A program made the position numbers and the translations under genes. Of a DNA stretch of 64,000 nucleotides, positions 41,981 to 52,050 are shown piece by piece (the stretch's first letter is position 1; each line of letters starts with the position of its first letter). Below the pieces are notes generated by a model, which was given only the letters and a program-made list of their open reading frames with translations, made no database searches and was not told the origin of the DNA. Source of the stretch: Alphaproteobacteria bacterium (GTDB lineage Bacteria; Pseudomonadota; Alphaproteobacteria; MPNO01); contig OZ219865.1 of assembly GCA_964291675.2 (NCBI GenBank), positions 320,001 through 384,000 of the forward strand. The letters are read 5' to 3'.

Positions 41981-42499
41981 CGTCATGCCCGGACCCGTTC
42001 CGGCCGTCCATCCGTTTGCCTGGCGACAGGCGGCTCTTGCCGGGAGAGATGCCCGGAACGAGTCCACTGCTGTCCGGTTTGGATGAGCTGGACCGGGCGC
42101 AAAGCCTTGTTCCGGGCGGGATATCGGCGCATCCGCCGGATCGGGACACGGATCGCCGCACGCCCGCACCTGCCGTCCCTGCCCCTCCGTTGTCACCCCG
42201 GCCTCGTTCCGGGCACCCACGGGCGGGGCGGGCCGCACCCGGCTCCCGTACTCCTCCACCGCGACCACCACCTCGTCATGGCCGGACTTGATCCGGCCAC
42301 CCATGCGCGGACTTGATCCGCGCAACCACTGGCGCCACCGGTACAACGCCCCGTCGGGAGGAGCGGCGGCGCCAGTGGGTGCCCGGATCAAGTCCGGGCA
42401 TGACGATGGGGGGAGGCATGGTGATGGGGCGGGAAACGCCGGGCGCGACGCGCGTCGAAGGCTAAACCGGACAGCAGTGGAACGAGTCCGGGCATGACG
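41981..42499. repeat. REP doublet containing a MITE
   Basis: CGTCATGCCCGGACCCGTTCC ... GGAACGAGTCCGGGCATGACG. Confidence 0.85.
42066..42478. mobile_element. 413-bp MITE, copy 2
   Basis: TIR ACTGCTGTCCGGTTT / AAACCGGACAGCAGT; perfect direct repeat GGAACGAGTCC at 42055-42065 and 42479-42489. Confidence 0.88.
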
Positions 42500-42620
42500 A
42501 GGTATGGGAAGGGCCCGGCCGGAGGACCGCAAATCGACCCGATGCGGGGCGGGCGGCGAGTTCGTTGACATCCTTCGTCCCCGGGCCGAGGATCGCAGCC
42601 GATCCTTGGGAGGCGAGACC

Positions 42621-43049
42621 ATGCAGACACCCAATACCGACGCCCATGCCGGCATCGACGCGCTGGCGTCGCGCTATGTCGACGTCGAGTCCCTCGACTG
42701 GCAGACGACCCCGTTCGAGGGCGTGTCCGCCAAGATCCTGCTGCAGGACGGGAACGGCGGCGTGCGCACCATGCTGGTGAAGATGGAGCCGGGCGCGACG
42801 ATCCCGGACCACAAGCATACCGGGCTGGAGCAGAGCTACATCCTCGAAGGTACGCTTGAGGACCATGACGGGGTGTGCGGGCCGGGCCAGTATGTCTGGC
42901 GCCCGCCCGGCAACCGCCATGTCGCGACCTCGCCCGGCGGGGCGCTGATGCTGGTGATGTTCGAGACGCCCAACGTCTATTACGACGGACCCGCCAAGGG
43001 CGGGACGATGGAGGCATACATGGCCGGCAAGGTGCCGGCCGAGGCCTGA
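42621..43049 (+). CDS. Cupin (ChrR-like) protein
   Basis: 'PGATIPDHKH..LEQSYILEG', 'WRPPGNRH'. Confidence 0.85.
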   Translation: MQTPNTDAHAGIDALASRYVDVESLDWQTTPFEGVSAKILLQDGNGGVRTMLVKMEPGATIPDHKHTGLEQSYILEGTLEDHDGVCGPGQYVWRPPGNRHVATSPGGALMLVMFETPNVYYDGPAKGGTMEAYMAGKVPAEA

Positions 43050-43052
43050 GCG

Positions 43053-43337
43053 ATGGCGGCCTATCTGATCGCCGAGACCCGCGAGGTGCGGGACGCGGAT
43101 CTGCTGAAGGAATATGTCGGGCTCGCGGTCGCCGACTCCGAGGCCGCCGGCGGCAGGGTGGTCGCGATGGGGCCGGGCGAGAGGCTGGAGGGCGACTGGA
43201 CCCCCGAGCGCCTGGTCGTGGTCGAGTTCGAGTCGATGGCCGCCCTCAGGGCCTGGTACGAAGCGCCCTCGTACCAGCAATTGATCCCGATGCGGGAGCG
43301 GGCCTGCGACTCCCGGCTGGTGATCGTCGGCGAATGA
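43053..43337 (+). CDS. DUF1330 protein
   Basis: 'LEGDW', 'VVVEFES', 'WYEAPSYQ..IPMR'. Confidence 0.88.
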   Translation: MAAYLIAETREVRDADLLKEYVGLAVADSEAAGGRVVAMGPGERLEGDWTPERLVVVEFESMAALRAWYEAPSYQQLIPMRERACDSRLVIVGE

Positions 43338-44218
43338 GCCAGCGCTGGTCGGTGGGTGCGGTCCGCATCGACCGGGTCGTGGAGTTCGAGCAGCCGCTGC
43401 TGCCGCCGCTCGCACTCCTGCCCGACATCGACGACGAGATTCTCGCGCGCCACCGCGGCTGGCTCGAACCCGATCTGCTGGACCCCGACACCGGCAGGCT
43501 GGTGCTCGCCTTCCACAGCTTCGCGATCCGCACGCCCGAAAGCACGATCCTGGTCGACACCTGCAGCGGCAACGACCGCGAGCGGCCGGGCAAGCCGCGC
43601 TATCACAGGAAGAGCTGGCCCTATCTGGAAAACCTCGCCGCGGCGGGGATTTCGCCGGAGGCGGTCGACTACGTGCTCTGCACCCATCTCCATGTCGACC
43701 ATGTCGGCTGGAACACCCGCCTGCTCGACGGGCGCTTCGTGCCGACCTTTCCCAACGCGCGCTATCTGTTCGACCGGCGGGAATGGGCGTTCTGGCAGGC
43801 GGAGTACGAGACCGAGCGCTTCACCGACGACCCCTATCACGAGGACAGCATCCTGCCGGTGATCGCCGCCGGCCAGGTCGATCTGGTCTCCGGCGAGCAT
43901 GAGATCGACCCCTGGGTGCGGCTCGAGCCGTCGCCCGGCCACACGCCGGGCCATGTTTGCGTCCGCATCCGCGACGGCGCCTGGGAGGCGGTGATGACCG
44001 GCGACATGATGCATCACCCGCTGCAATGCGCCGAGCCCGCGCTCAACTCCTGCTTCTGCGTCGACCCCGGGCAGTCCTTCCGCACCCGGCTCGCCTTCCT
44101 CGAACGCCACGCCGACGGCGGCGCCCTGGTGCTGCCGGCGCATTTCCCGACGCCCACCGGCGGCCGGATCCTCGGCGTCGGCGCCGGCTTCCGGTTTTCC
44201 TTCGCGCGGCGCCGCTGA
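43334..44218 (+). CDS. Metallo-beta-lactamase-fold hydrolase
   Basis: THLHVDHVGWN, PGHTPGH, TGDMMH, AHF. Confidence 0.92.
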   Translation: MSQRWSVGAVRIDRVVEFEQPLLPPLALLPDIDDEILARHRGWLEPDLLDPDTGRLVLAFHSFAIRTPESTILVDTCSGNDRERPGKPRYHRKSWPYLENLAAAGISPEAVDYVLCTHLHVDHVGWNTRLLDGRFVPTFPNARYLFDRREWAFWQAEYETERFTDDPYHEDSILPVIAAGQVDLVSGEHEIDPWVRLEPSPGHTPGHVCVRIRDGAWEAVMTGDMMHHPLQCAEPALNSCFCVDPGQSFRTRLAFLERHADGGALVLPAHFPTPTGGRILGVGAGFRFSFARRR

Positions 44219-44265
44219 GGTGCCGAGCGACATACATCGCATAGTTCAACCCATTGGAGGTGGAG

Positions 44266-44466
44266 ATGATCTTTTTCGACAGGTCCGGAACCCGGACAAG
44301 ACGTTGGCTGCGCGGCGGCGCCGCGATGTTGCTGGCGGCTTCGCTCGCCGGCTGCGAAACGGCCGGCGATGTGGGCTCGGCCGTGGTCTCGGGGGTGGAA
44401 TCCGTTGGCGACTGGATCGCGGACGCCTTTGACGGCGGGGACGAAGGCAAGGACAAGGCCGAGTAG
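44266..44466 (+). CDS. Small lipoprotein (entericidin-like)
   Basis: Lipobox LAGC after a hydrophobic stretch; RBS GGAGG. Confidence 0.6.
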   Translation: MIFFDRSGTRTRRWLRGGAAMLLAASLAGCETAGDVGSAVVSGVESVGDWIADAFDGGDEGKDKAE

Positions 44467-44555
44467 CGTTCCGCCGTTCGATCGTTGCGTGTCGGTTGCT
44501 TCCCCCGAAGCCCGGCCTATGCTCTCGGCCGTCGCCATTCTTGGAAGGGTTGGAC

Positions 44556-46208
44556 ATGTCCGACGGCGCCGCGCGACGCGACAACCCGTATGACAGCGGG
44601 CTGGAGAAGAACGCGGCCAATTTCGCCGCGCTGACGCCGCTCAGCTTCCTCAAGCGCACCGCCGCGGTCTATCCCGACCGTCCTTCGGCGATCCACGGCG
44701 GACGCCGCTTCACCTGGCGCGAGACCGAGCGGCGCTGCCGCGCGCTGGCCTCTGCGCTCGCCGGGCTCGGAATCCGCAGGGGCGACACGGTGGCGGTCTT
44801 CGCGCCCAACGTGCCGGCCATCCTGGAGGCCCATTTCGGCGTGCCGATGACGGGCGCGGTGCTGAACGCGATCAACATCCGGCTCGACGCCGAGACCGTC
44901 GCCTTCATCCTCGCCCACGGCGAGGCGCGCGTGCTGCTGACCGACCGCGAGTTCTCGCCGGTGATCGCGGACGCGCTCGGCCGGCTGGAGCGCCGGCCCC
45001 GCGTGATCGACATCGACGATGCGGCGGCCGGCGGCGGCGAGCTCATCGGCGACGTCGAGTACGAGGATTTCGTCGCCTCCGGCGATCCCGAATTCGACTG
45101 GAACCCGCCGGCGGACGAGTGGGACGCGATCGCGCTCAACTACACCTCGGGCACGACCGGCAATCCGAAGGGCGTCGTCTACCACCACCGGGGCGCCTAT
45201 CTCAACGCGCTCGGCAATCTGGTCGCCCAGGCGATCCCGCCGCACCCGGTCTATCTCTGGACCCTGCCGATGTTCCACTGCAACGGCTGGTGCTTTCCGT
45301 GGACGATCACCGCGCTTGCCGGCACCCATGTCTGCCTGCGCCGGGTCGAGGCGGAGCCGGTCTACCGGGCGATCGCCGACGACGGGGTGACCCATTTCTG
45401 CGGCGCCCCGGTGGTGCTCAACATGCTGGCCAACGCGCCGGCCGGGCACAGGCGGGCGCTGCCGCGCCGGGTCGAGGCGATGACCGCGGGCGCGCCGCCG
45501 CCGGCCACCGTCATCGAGGCGATGGAGGCGGCGGGCTTTCGCATCACCCATGTCTACGGCCTGACCGAGACCTACGGTCCCGACGTGGTGTGCGCCTGGA
45601 ACGGCGACTGGGACGCCCTGCCGGCGGCCGACCGGGCCGGGCTCAAGGCGCGCCAGGGCGTCGCCTACCCGGTGCAGGAGGACATCATGGTCGCCGATGC
45701 CGGGACGCTGGAGCCGGTGCCGAAGGACGGCGCGACGATGGGCGAGGTGATGCATCGCGGCAACATCGTCATGAAGGGCTATCTCAAGAACGGCCAGGCG
45801 ACGGAAGAGGCGTTCGCCGGCGGCTGGTTCCACTCGGGCGATCTCGGGGTGTGGCACGCGGACGGCTATGTCGAGCTCAAGGACCGCTCCAAGGACATCA
45901 TCATCTCGGGCGGCGAGAACATATCGAGCATCGAGGTCGAGGAGGTGCTCTACCGCCACCCCGCCGTGCTCGAGGCCGCGGTCACCGCCCGGCCCGACGA
46001 CAAGTGGGGCGAGACGCCGTGTGCCTTCGTCACGCTGAAAGAGGGCGGTCGCGCGACCGAGGCGGAGATCGTCGCGTTCTGCCGCGACAACCTCGCGCAT
46101 TTCAAGGCGCCGAAGACGGTGGTGTTCTGCGACCTGCCCAAGACGTCTACCGGGAAGGTGCAGAAATTCGTGCTGCGCGAGCGCGCCCGCGCCCTCGACG
46201 GCGGCTGA
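44556..46208 (+). CDS. Acyl-CoA synthetase (AMP-forming)
   Basis: YTSGTTGNPKG, YGLTE, FHSGD, DIIISGGENI, LPKTSTGKVQK. Confidence 0.93.
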   Translation: MSDGAARRDNPYDSGLEKNAANFAALTPLSFLKRTAAVYPDRPSAIHGGRRFTWRETERRCRALASALAGLGIRRGDTVAVFAPNVPAILEAHFGVPMTGAVLNAINIRLDAETVAFILAHGEARVLLTDREFSPVIADALGRLERRPRVIDIDDAAAGGGELIGDVEYEDFVASGDPEFDWNPPADEWDAIALNYTSGTTGNPKGVVYHHRGAYLNALGNLVAQAIPPHPVYLWTLPMFHCNGWCFPWTITALAGTHVCLRRVEAEPVYRAIADDGVTHFCGAPVVLNMLANAPAGHRRALPRRVEAMTAGAPPPATVIEAMEAAGFRITHVYGLTETYGPDVVCAWNGDWDALPAADRAGLKARQGVAYPVQEDIMVADAGTLEPVPKDGATMGEVMHRGNIVMKGYLKNGQATEEAFAGGWFHSGDLGVWHADGYVELKDRSKDIIISGGENISSIEVEEVLYRHPAVLEAAVTARPDDKWGETPCAFVTLKEGGRATEAEIVAFCRDNLAHFKAPKTVVFCDLPKTSTGKVQKFVLRERARALDGG

Positions 46209-46218
46209 GGGTGCGGCC

Positions 46219-47529
46219 GTGGCGCAGCCCGAATACCCCCTCCCGCTGCCGCGCTCGCGCGACGAGATCGCGGCGATCTGGCGCGAGCGCCTGCCGATCG
46301 CCGTCGAGCGCGCCAGGCTCTCGCGGTTCTTCGCCGGGCGTCTCGACCATGTCGACACCGCCCGGCTCGACGACCCCGAAGAGTGGCGCAAGATCCCGAT
46401 CCTGACCAAGGACGAGCTGCGCGGACTCCCGGCCGAGACCTTCCACGAGGATTTCTGCATATCCGGCCGCGACGCGGCGGTCGAGTACTGGCGCTCCGGC
46501 GGGGTGACCGGAAAGCCGCTGTTCTACCCGCGCTCGGCGGCCGACATGCGCTACGGCATGGAGGGGTTCCGGCGCCTCCAGACCGCCGCCTGCTGCGGGC
46601 CCGGCGACCTGGTCCATGTCTGCTTCCCGCTCGGCATCCACCCGGTCGGCCTCGCCTATGCCCGCGCCGCCCAGCAGCTCGGCGCCGGGGTGGTGACCTG
46701 CGGGTCGGGCAACAACACCCCGACCGCGCTCCAGATCGAGCTGATCCGCACCCTGCGCCCGACCGTGATCGCCGGCATGGCGAGCTACGCGCTGCAGCTC
46801 GCCCAGCACGCCGAACGCCTCGGCATCGACCTCGCGTCCGGCTCGGTGCGCAAGATCCTGACCGCCGCCGAGCCGGTCTCGCCCGGCAAGCGCGAACGGC
46901 TGGAACGGCTCTGGGGCGCCGAGCTCTACGACCAGTTCGGCGTCACCGAGGGCTCGGCGATGGCGAGCGAGAGCGAGCGCCACGACGGCATGCATATCTG
47001 GACCGACCAGTATTTCGTCGAGGTGGTCGACGCCGATACCGGACAACCGGTGCCGGACGGCGAGATGGGGCTGCTGGTGGTCACGCCGCTGTGGAACAAC
47101 ACGATGACGCCGTTCCTGCGCTGGGAGACCGGCGACTATGTCCGCCTGGTCGACCGCGGCGCGACCGACGGGCCGTTCGGCGTCTTCCCGATGATCCGCC
47201 ACGCTGCGCGGACGGCGGGGTTCTTCAAGGTGCGCGGCATCAACATCAACCAGGCCGATATCGAGGATTTTCTCTACCGCAAGCCGGCGATCGCCGATTT
47301 CAAGATCGAGGCGGTCGAGACCGGGACCCTCGATGCGCTAAGAATCTCGGTCGAGCTGGCCGCCGGCACGGACGCGGCGGCCGCCGGCGCCGAGCTCGTC
47401 CGGTCGGTGCGGCAGGTCTTCGAGCTCACCCCTGAGGTCCAGGTCATTCCGCCCGGCACGCTGGAGCGCGAATTCGCCGGCGCGGTCAAGCAGAACCGCT
47501 TCGTCGACCGGCGCGGCACGCCGGCGTGA
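46219..47529 (+). CDS. Phenylacetate-CoA ligase family protein
   Basis: 'IPILTKDELR', 'SGGVTGKP', 'FGVTE', 'LRWETGD', 'KVRGINI'. Confidence 0.85.
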   Translation: MAQPEYPLPLPRSRDEIAAIWRERLPIAVERARLSRFFAGRLDHVDTARLDDPEEWRKIPILTKDELRGLPAETFHEDFCISGRDAAVEYWRSGGVTGKPLFYPRSAADMRYGMEGFRRLQTAACCGPGDLVHVCFPLGIHPVGLAYARAAQQLGAGVVTCGSGNNTPTALQIELIRTLRPTVIAGMASYALQLAQHAERLGIDLASGSVRKILTAAEPVSPGKRERLERLWGAELYDQFGVTEGSAMASESERHDGMHIWTDQYFVEVVDADTGQPVPDGEMGLLVVTPLWNNTMTPFLRWETGDYVRLVDRGATDGPFGVFPMIRHAARTAGFFKVRGININQADIEDFLYRKPAIADFKIEAVETGTLDALRISVELAAGTDAAAAGAELVRSVRQVFELTPEVQVIPPGTLEREFAGAVKQNRFVDRRGTPA

Positions 47530-47530
47530 G

Positions 47531-47577
47531 CGTCGCTCGATACGCGCCGGATCGAGTACCGGGCGTATCGAGGGACG
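47531..47577. terminator. Hairpin between convergent genes (possible relic of the second repeat family)
   Basis: CGTCGCTCGATACGC ... GCGTATCGAGGGACG. Confidence 0.5.
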
Positions 47578-47578
47578 C

Positions 47579-48541
47579 TCAGACCAGCTCGCGGCGGTAA
47601 TACTTCGCGAACCTCATCAGCGGCTCGTCGCTCATGCGGAAGAGCACCGCGTCCTCGTCCACGCTGTGCGAGACGCCGCGCCACATCGGACCGGCGAAGG
47701 TGTCGCCGCGCTCCCAGCAGATCGCCTCGCCGTCGATCGTCGTGGTGCCGCGCCCCTGCATGACGCAGAAGATCGCGTTGGTCGTCGCGCGCGCCGGCCG
47801 CGTCGTCTCGCCCGATTCGAGACGCAGCACGTCGAGCGCCATGCTCGGCATGTCGGGCGCGGCGAGGCGGATGCGCGTCCCCTCGACCCCCTCGGGGTCG
47901 GGCTCGGCGGCGTCCAGCGCCCGTTGCAGCCCGTCCCAGGAGAAGCGGAGCGGCGAGTCCTCGGTGACCAGCTCGACCTCCTCGAACCCGTCCGGGTGGT
48001 CCTCGACGAACATCGGCTCCAGCAGCTGCACCAGCGGCACGTCGAGCCCGTCGAACCAGTAGGCCGGGGCGTCCCCGTCATGGCCGTGGCCGTGCCACTG
48101 CCAGCCCGGGGTGAGCACGATGTCGCCGGTCTCCATCGGCGTCTTGATCCCGTCCACCGTCGAGTAGGCGCCTTCGGCGTCGATGATGACGCGGAGCGCG
48201 TGCGGCGCATGGCGGTGCGAGCGCGCCTTCTCGCCCGGCAAGATCATCTGGTAGGCCGAGACCAGGGTGCGGGTCGTCGCGATCCCGTCCGGGTCGGCCG
48301 GGTTGCGCATCACCAGGTTGCGCCGCTCGGCGAGCTCGGTGTTGATCAGCCGCCCGGCGGCATCGAGCGCCGGCTTGGCGACCGCGTAGCGCCAATGCGC
48401 CGGGCGGAAGGCGGTATCCGGCTCGGGCCGCAGGATCGGCTCGTCGCGGTCGATCCACCCCGGGGTCATCTCCACCCCGCCGAGCGCGGCGTAAAGCTCC
48501 TCCAGCGATCCCACCTCGGCGATGCTCGGTTCGGCGGTCAT
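47579..48541 (-). CDS. Gentisate 1,2-dioxygenase-like bicupin
   Basis: 'AERRNL', 'QMILPGE.ARSHRH..ALR', 'TP.W.WHGH', 'DGLDVPLV'. Confidence 0.88.
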   Translation of the reverse strand: MTAEPSIAEVGSLEELYAALGGVEMTPGWIDRDEPILRPEPDTAFRPAHWRYAVAKPALDAAGRLINTELAERRNLVMRNPADPDGIATTRTLVSAYQMILPGEKARSHRHAPHALRVIIDAEGAYSTVDGIKTPMETGDIVLTPGWQWHGHGHDGDAPAYWFDGLDVPLVQLLEPMFVEDHPDGFEEVELVTEDSPLRFSWDGLQRALDAAEPDPEGVEGTRIRLAAPDMPSMALDVLRLESGETTRPARATTNAIFCVMQGRGTTTIDGEAICWERGDTFAGPMWRGVSHSVDEDAVLFRMSDEPLMRFAKYYRRELV

Positions 48542-48708
48542 GGCGCGGGCTCCGTCGGTCGATGTTCGGGATTTGGACTATAGGGCGACGGCGCCCGGAA
48601 GGCGAACCGCGAACGGCCTGCCCGGAGCGGCAGAATTAGTCACCCATTCTACTGTAGGAGGTTGGTCTGCCGACAAATCCCGAAGCGGTCTGTTTGCCAA
48701 GGGCATTT

Positions 48709-49149
48709 TCAAGGTACGGAAGCGGCCCTGTCCTGCCATCTGCTCAAACTGAGGAATGCTCGCAGGTGGACCTCTGCGTCTTCCCAATCTCTTGCGTGCT
48801 CTTCCGGCAGGACTATTTCCGCATGGTAAATGTTGTCCTCTTGAGGGGTATACACAACTGTACGGCGACCCGAGCAAGCATCGCGTTTCGTGATAATCAA
48901 CCATCCTTGGATGCAATCTGACCCATCGATTCGGGCCGCTCTACTGTCTCCTTCGGCAGTGGCGAATTCCAAGCTTACGCCGTCGTACCTGTTGGTGGAG
49001 ATTCGAGCGTCGGGCCCTCGCGAGCCGCCGAACACGTCCTTTGTCCTTCTGCTGACTATTCGTTCTTCCAAGGGGCAATCCAATGCCCGCTTCTGCCGCT
49101 CCCGATAGACGTCCCTCCAGAGACCTTCGTCCTCGCCGATATCCTCCAC
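48709..49149 (-). CDS. Hypothetical protein, candidate toxin/effector (possible ART/RES-like fold)
   Basis: GTG start 5 nt after upstream stop; 'IGEDEGLWRDV...F...ISTNR...DNIYHAEI'. Confidence 0.55.
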   Translation of the reverse strand: MEDIGEDEGLWRDVYRERQKRALDCPLEERIVSRRTKDVFGGSRGPDARISTNRYDGVSLEFATAEGDSRAARIDGSDCIQGWLIITKRDACSGRRTVVYTPQEDNIYHAEIVLPEEHARDWEDAEVHLRAFLSLSRWQDRAASVP

Positions 49150-49154
49150 GGTGC

Positions 49155-49949
49155 CTAACCTGCGGCAAGATCGCGCAGAGCCTTCTCGATGAACACGTCC
49201 GGGAGGCCGTCCATTTGATAGAACTTTGCTCGGCGGCTGTTTCCGCCAATCGTGGCGAAGCAATAGACGGTATCGTCGGGAGCGCACTCCACGGCCACGG
49301 ATGCACCCCACTTCATAGGCGCATCGATGGCGACCCCGCGTCTTTCCGTAGGCGACACCCGGTACCGCGCTGGCAGAATCGCGTAGAGCCTTGGCAGCAA
49401 GGTACGAGCATTGGCCACGGCCTCTGCATCCGGTTCCGGCAGGTCGTCCGCCTTCGCTTCCTCGTTCAGCGAATCCAGGTCCGAGAGAGCTTCCCGAAGG
49501 TCTCGGTCATCATGGGGCAACAGTTCGGCCGTGCCGGCGCCGCAGCCCTGCACCGCGTGCCGTGACATGCTCGCGGAAGGGGATAAGCCGGTACCTGCTA
49601 GGTACCCCTGCTCAAAGGCATCGAACGCTCCTTCGACAGGCCGAAGCCATCCAGCTGGATGAGGCCCGGAGCGTCCCGTGCGCATGACCAAGGACGCATC
49701 TTCCTTTCCAAGGGCTGCCAAGCGAAGAAGCCGCTCCAGCGTTTCGCGCTCAGCGGAAGCCTCATCGAAAGGAACGTACATGCCGCGTCCGTGCAGCTCG
49801 CCCAACTCATCCACCAGAGAGTGCCGTGTGGGTTCGCCACTAAACCCGCGCGTGGATGCCGTATTCTGGGTCCGCGACGCTGCCGTTGCCGGACTCCTCC
49901 CGAAAACCTGGTGATATGCCCGTTGCGCCACGTTCGCTGTGTCACTCAT
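49155..49949 (-). CDS. Hypothetical protein
   Basis: ATGA overlap with upstream gene; low-complexity N-half, structured-looking C-domain 'EPDAEAVANARTLL...VSPTERRGVAI'. Confidence 0.65.
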   Translation of the reverse strand: MSDTANVAQRAYHQVFGRSPATAASRTQNTASTRGFSGEPTRHSLVDELGELHGRGMYVPFDEASAERETLERLLRLAALGKEDASLVMRTGRSGPHPAGWLRPVEGAFDAFEQGYLAGTGLSPSASMSRHAVQGCGAGTAELLPHDDRDLREALSDLDSLNEEAKADDLPEPDAEAVANARTLLPRLYAILPARYRVSPTERRGVAIDAPMKWGASVAVECAPDDTVYCFATIGGNSRRAKFYQMDGLPDVFIEKALRDLAAG

Positions 49950-50575
49950 TTCCATTCACCCTGGAAACTGCGAGTCAGGCTGTCGAACGCCGACCGGATG
50001 TAGTCCCTCGCGTCCGCTGCTTCGCTCAGCTTGGACGACAGTTCGTCGGTTGGGGCGACGTTTTGATGTCCGTTGATCGAGAAAAACAGGTTTGCTCCAC
50101 CGGAGCTGACATGCGGCTCAATCCTCAACGTGTATTGCACTGCCCCACGGAGGACGACCACGTGGCATTGGGTTTCGTCGAAGGATGAGCCGATCGCCTG
50201 CTGTACTTGGTCAGCGTCGTACATGCCCTTGCAGAACTCTGTCCCGGAAAGGCCGCCGATCCCTTGAGACAGCACGGCACTGAAGTTGAACCCCAGCCCC
50301 GTGACGCCATGCCCTTGGCTCAGAGCTTCCAATTCGGCAGCGACCCGCGCCGCCGCTGCCTCCAATTCATCAGAGAGGACGGCATCGGCGTTGTGGTCGA
50401 GCGAGATTCGGTCGTTTAGGACGGAGAACCGGTAGGTGTTCGATCCGTAGGCGTAGATTGCGAAATCGCCCACCGCCGTATAGTCCTTCGCCATCCGCTC
50501 GGGAAATAGCTCGTGCTCATCGAACAGCTGACGCCTAAAGCTGCCACCGACGAAAACAACGCTGGACGCGCCCAC
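49946..50575 (-). CDS. Hypothetical protein
   Basis: RBS AGAGGAG; 'SVVFVG', 'GLGFNF', 'LRIEP', 'INGH' beta-rich pattern. Confidence 0.65.
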   Translation of the reverse strand: MGASSVVFVGGSFRRQLFDEHELFPERMAKDYTAVGDFAIYAYGSNTYRFSVLNDRISLDHNADAVLSDELEAAAARVAAELEALSQGHGVTGLGFNFSAVLSQGIGGLSGTEFCKGMYDADQVQQAIGSSFDETQCHVVVLRGAVQYTLRIEPHVSSGGANLFFSINGHQNVAPTDELSSKLSEAADARDYIRSAFDSLTRSFQGEWK

Positions 50576-51189
50576 TCGAAGCTCCTCTCTTGACCCTCCT
50601 GGTCTCGACCCACGCAGTACCCGGCAGTTCCCGTGTGGGCTTCGTTCCTTTCCGCTAGTCTAGGCAAGCCCAAACGACGGAGTCCACCACGCGCCCTCGC
50701 CAATTGCGTCTTGCGCTACGGTCCCAACAGGGCCTGGGGTGTCCTGTGGAAGCGGAGGGGCGTGGTCGTACCGCGCTCTTCCCTAAAGATTGGCACTGGC
50801 CCGGAATTCTCAAGAACAGGGGTACGTTGGGCCTCTCAGGTGATGAACGACTCCTGCGCCCGGGCTGAAGCGAACCGGTTGGTCCGTCAGACCGCATGAG
50901 TGGCCGCGGCGAACGCGACACAGAAGTCGCTGCTACCTCCTTGCAAGACGACCGTCAGTGCGGGTGTCGGGCGTCGAGAGGGGGACGGCCAGGTAGATGC
51001 TTGCTGTTCTTGGGCGCGCGCTTGGAGTCGGGTCTTGCAATTCCTTGCCTCCCGACCTCGTCGAGAAGCTCGGGTCGGCACCGCTCGGACATCGTTCGCA
51101 TGGCGTCATCCTTCCCAGCGATCTGCCCACGTAGTACCGACATGAGCGCTTCTTGAGTTGACGAAAATCTTCTAACCCCTTGAAAAAAC

Positions 51190-51263
51190 TGGAGGCCCGG
51201 AGCGGATTCGAACCGCTGTGAACGGATTTGCAGTCCGCTGGATAGCCACTCTCCCACCGGGCC
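51190..51263 (-). tRNA. tRNA-Cys (GCA)
   Basis: GGCCCGGTGGGAGAGTGG...ACTGCAAAT...GGTTCGAATCCGCTCCGGGCCTCCA, 74 nt. Confidence 0.96.
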
Positions 51264-51393
51264 GGGAGGTCGGGGGGAGGTTTTACGCGATTCCGCGGGG
51301 CAGGGGAACGGGTGGCGTTGTGTCGGCGCCGGGGATTTCGTATAGCTCGGGCAGAGCACAGGCCCGCGCGGTCGCGGGCCGGGAGGAGGCGCG

Positions 51394-52050
51394 ATGGCCG
51401 GGTCCGCCGAGCCGCGTCTGTCCATGGTGGACAGCCAGATTCGCACCAACAGGGTGGTCGACGAGGCCCTGATCGGCGCGATGCTGGAGCTGCCGCGCGA
51501 GGACTTCGTCCCCGACCGGCTGGCCGCGGTCGCCTATGTCGACAAGGACCTGCCGCTCGACGGCGGGCGCTTCCTGATGGAGCCGATGGTGTTTGCCCGG
51601 CTGGTGCAGATGCTCGCCGTGTCGCCCGGCGACATCGTGCTCGATATCGGCTGCGGCACCGGCTATTCCAGCGCCGTGCTGGCCCGGCTCTGCTCCACCG
51701 TGGTGGCGCTCGAATGCGATGCGGGGATGGCCGAGACCGCGCGGCGCAACCTCGCGCGCGCCGACATCGACAACGTGATAGTCGTCGACGGGGAGCTGGC
51801 GGCGGGCTATCCTGACCAGGCGCCCTATAACGCGATTCTTCTGGGTGGAGCGGTGCCGGAGATTGGAACGGCGCTTACCGATCAACTGGCGGAGAACGGC
51901 CGGCTGGCGGCGGTGGTGACGCGGGGCGCCCCGCCGGGGCGCGCGACATGCGCGGTGCGCGGCGGCGGCGGGGTGTCCCGGCGCGTCGCGTTCGATGCCG
52001 CCACCCTGCCGCTTCCGGGGTTCGAGAGAGCGGAGCGGTTCGTATTATGA
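51394..52050 (+). CDS. pcm: Protein-L-isoaspartate O-methyltransferase
   Basis: 'MVDSQIR', 'PREDFVP', SAM motif 'LDIGCGTGY', 'APYNAI'. Confidence 0.9.
   Translation: MAGSAEPRLSMVDSQIRTNRVVDEALIGAMLELPREDFVPDRLAAVAYVDKDLPLDGGRFLMEPMVFARLVQMLAVSPGDIVLDIGCGTGYSSAVLARLCSTVVALECDAGMAETARRNLARADIDNVIVVDGELAAGYPDQAPYNAILLGGAVPEIGTALTDQLAENGRLAAVVTRGAPPGRATCAVRGGGGVSRRVAFDAATLPLPGFERAERFVL

Noticed and set aside
49661-49673. 13-bp match to the tRNA-Cys 3' end as att site
   Set aside because: Lies inside an intact ORF in mid-cassette; GC-rich short match likely chance
50576-51189. Short ORFs between the cassette and tRNA-Cys, or an integrase relic
   Set aside because: No recognisable motifs, RBS or consistent codon bias; left unannotated
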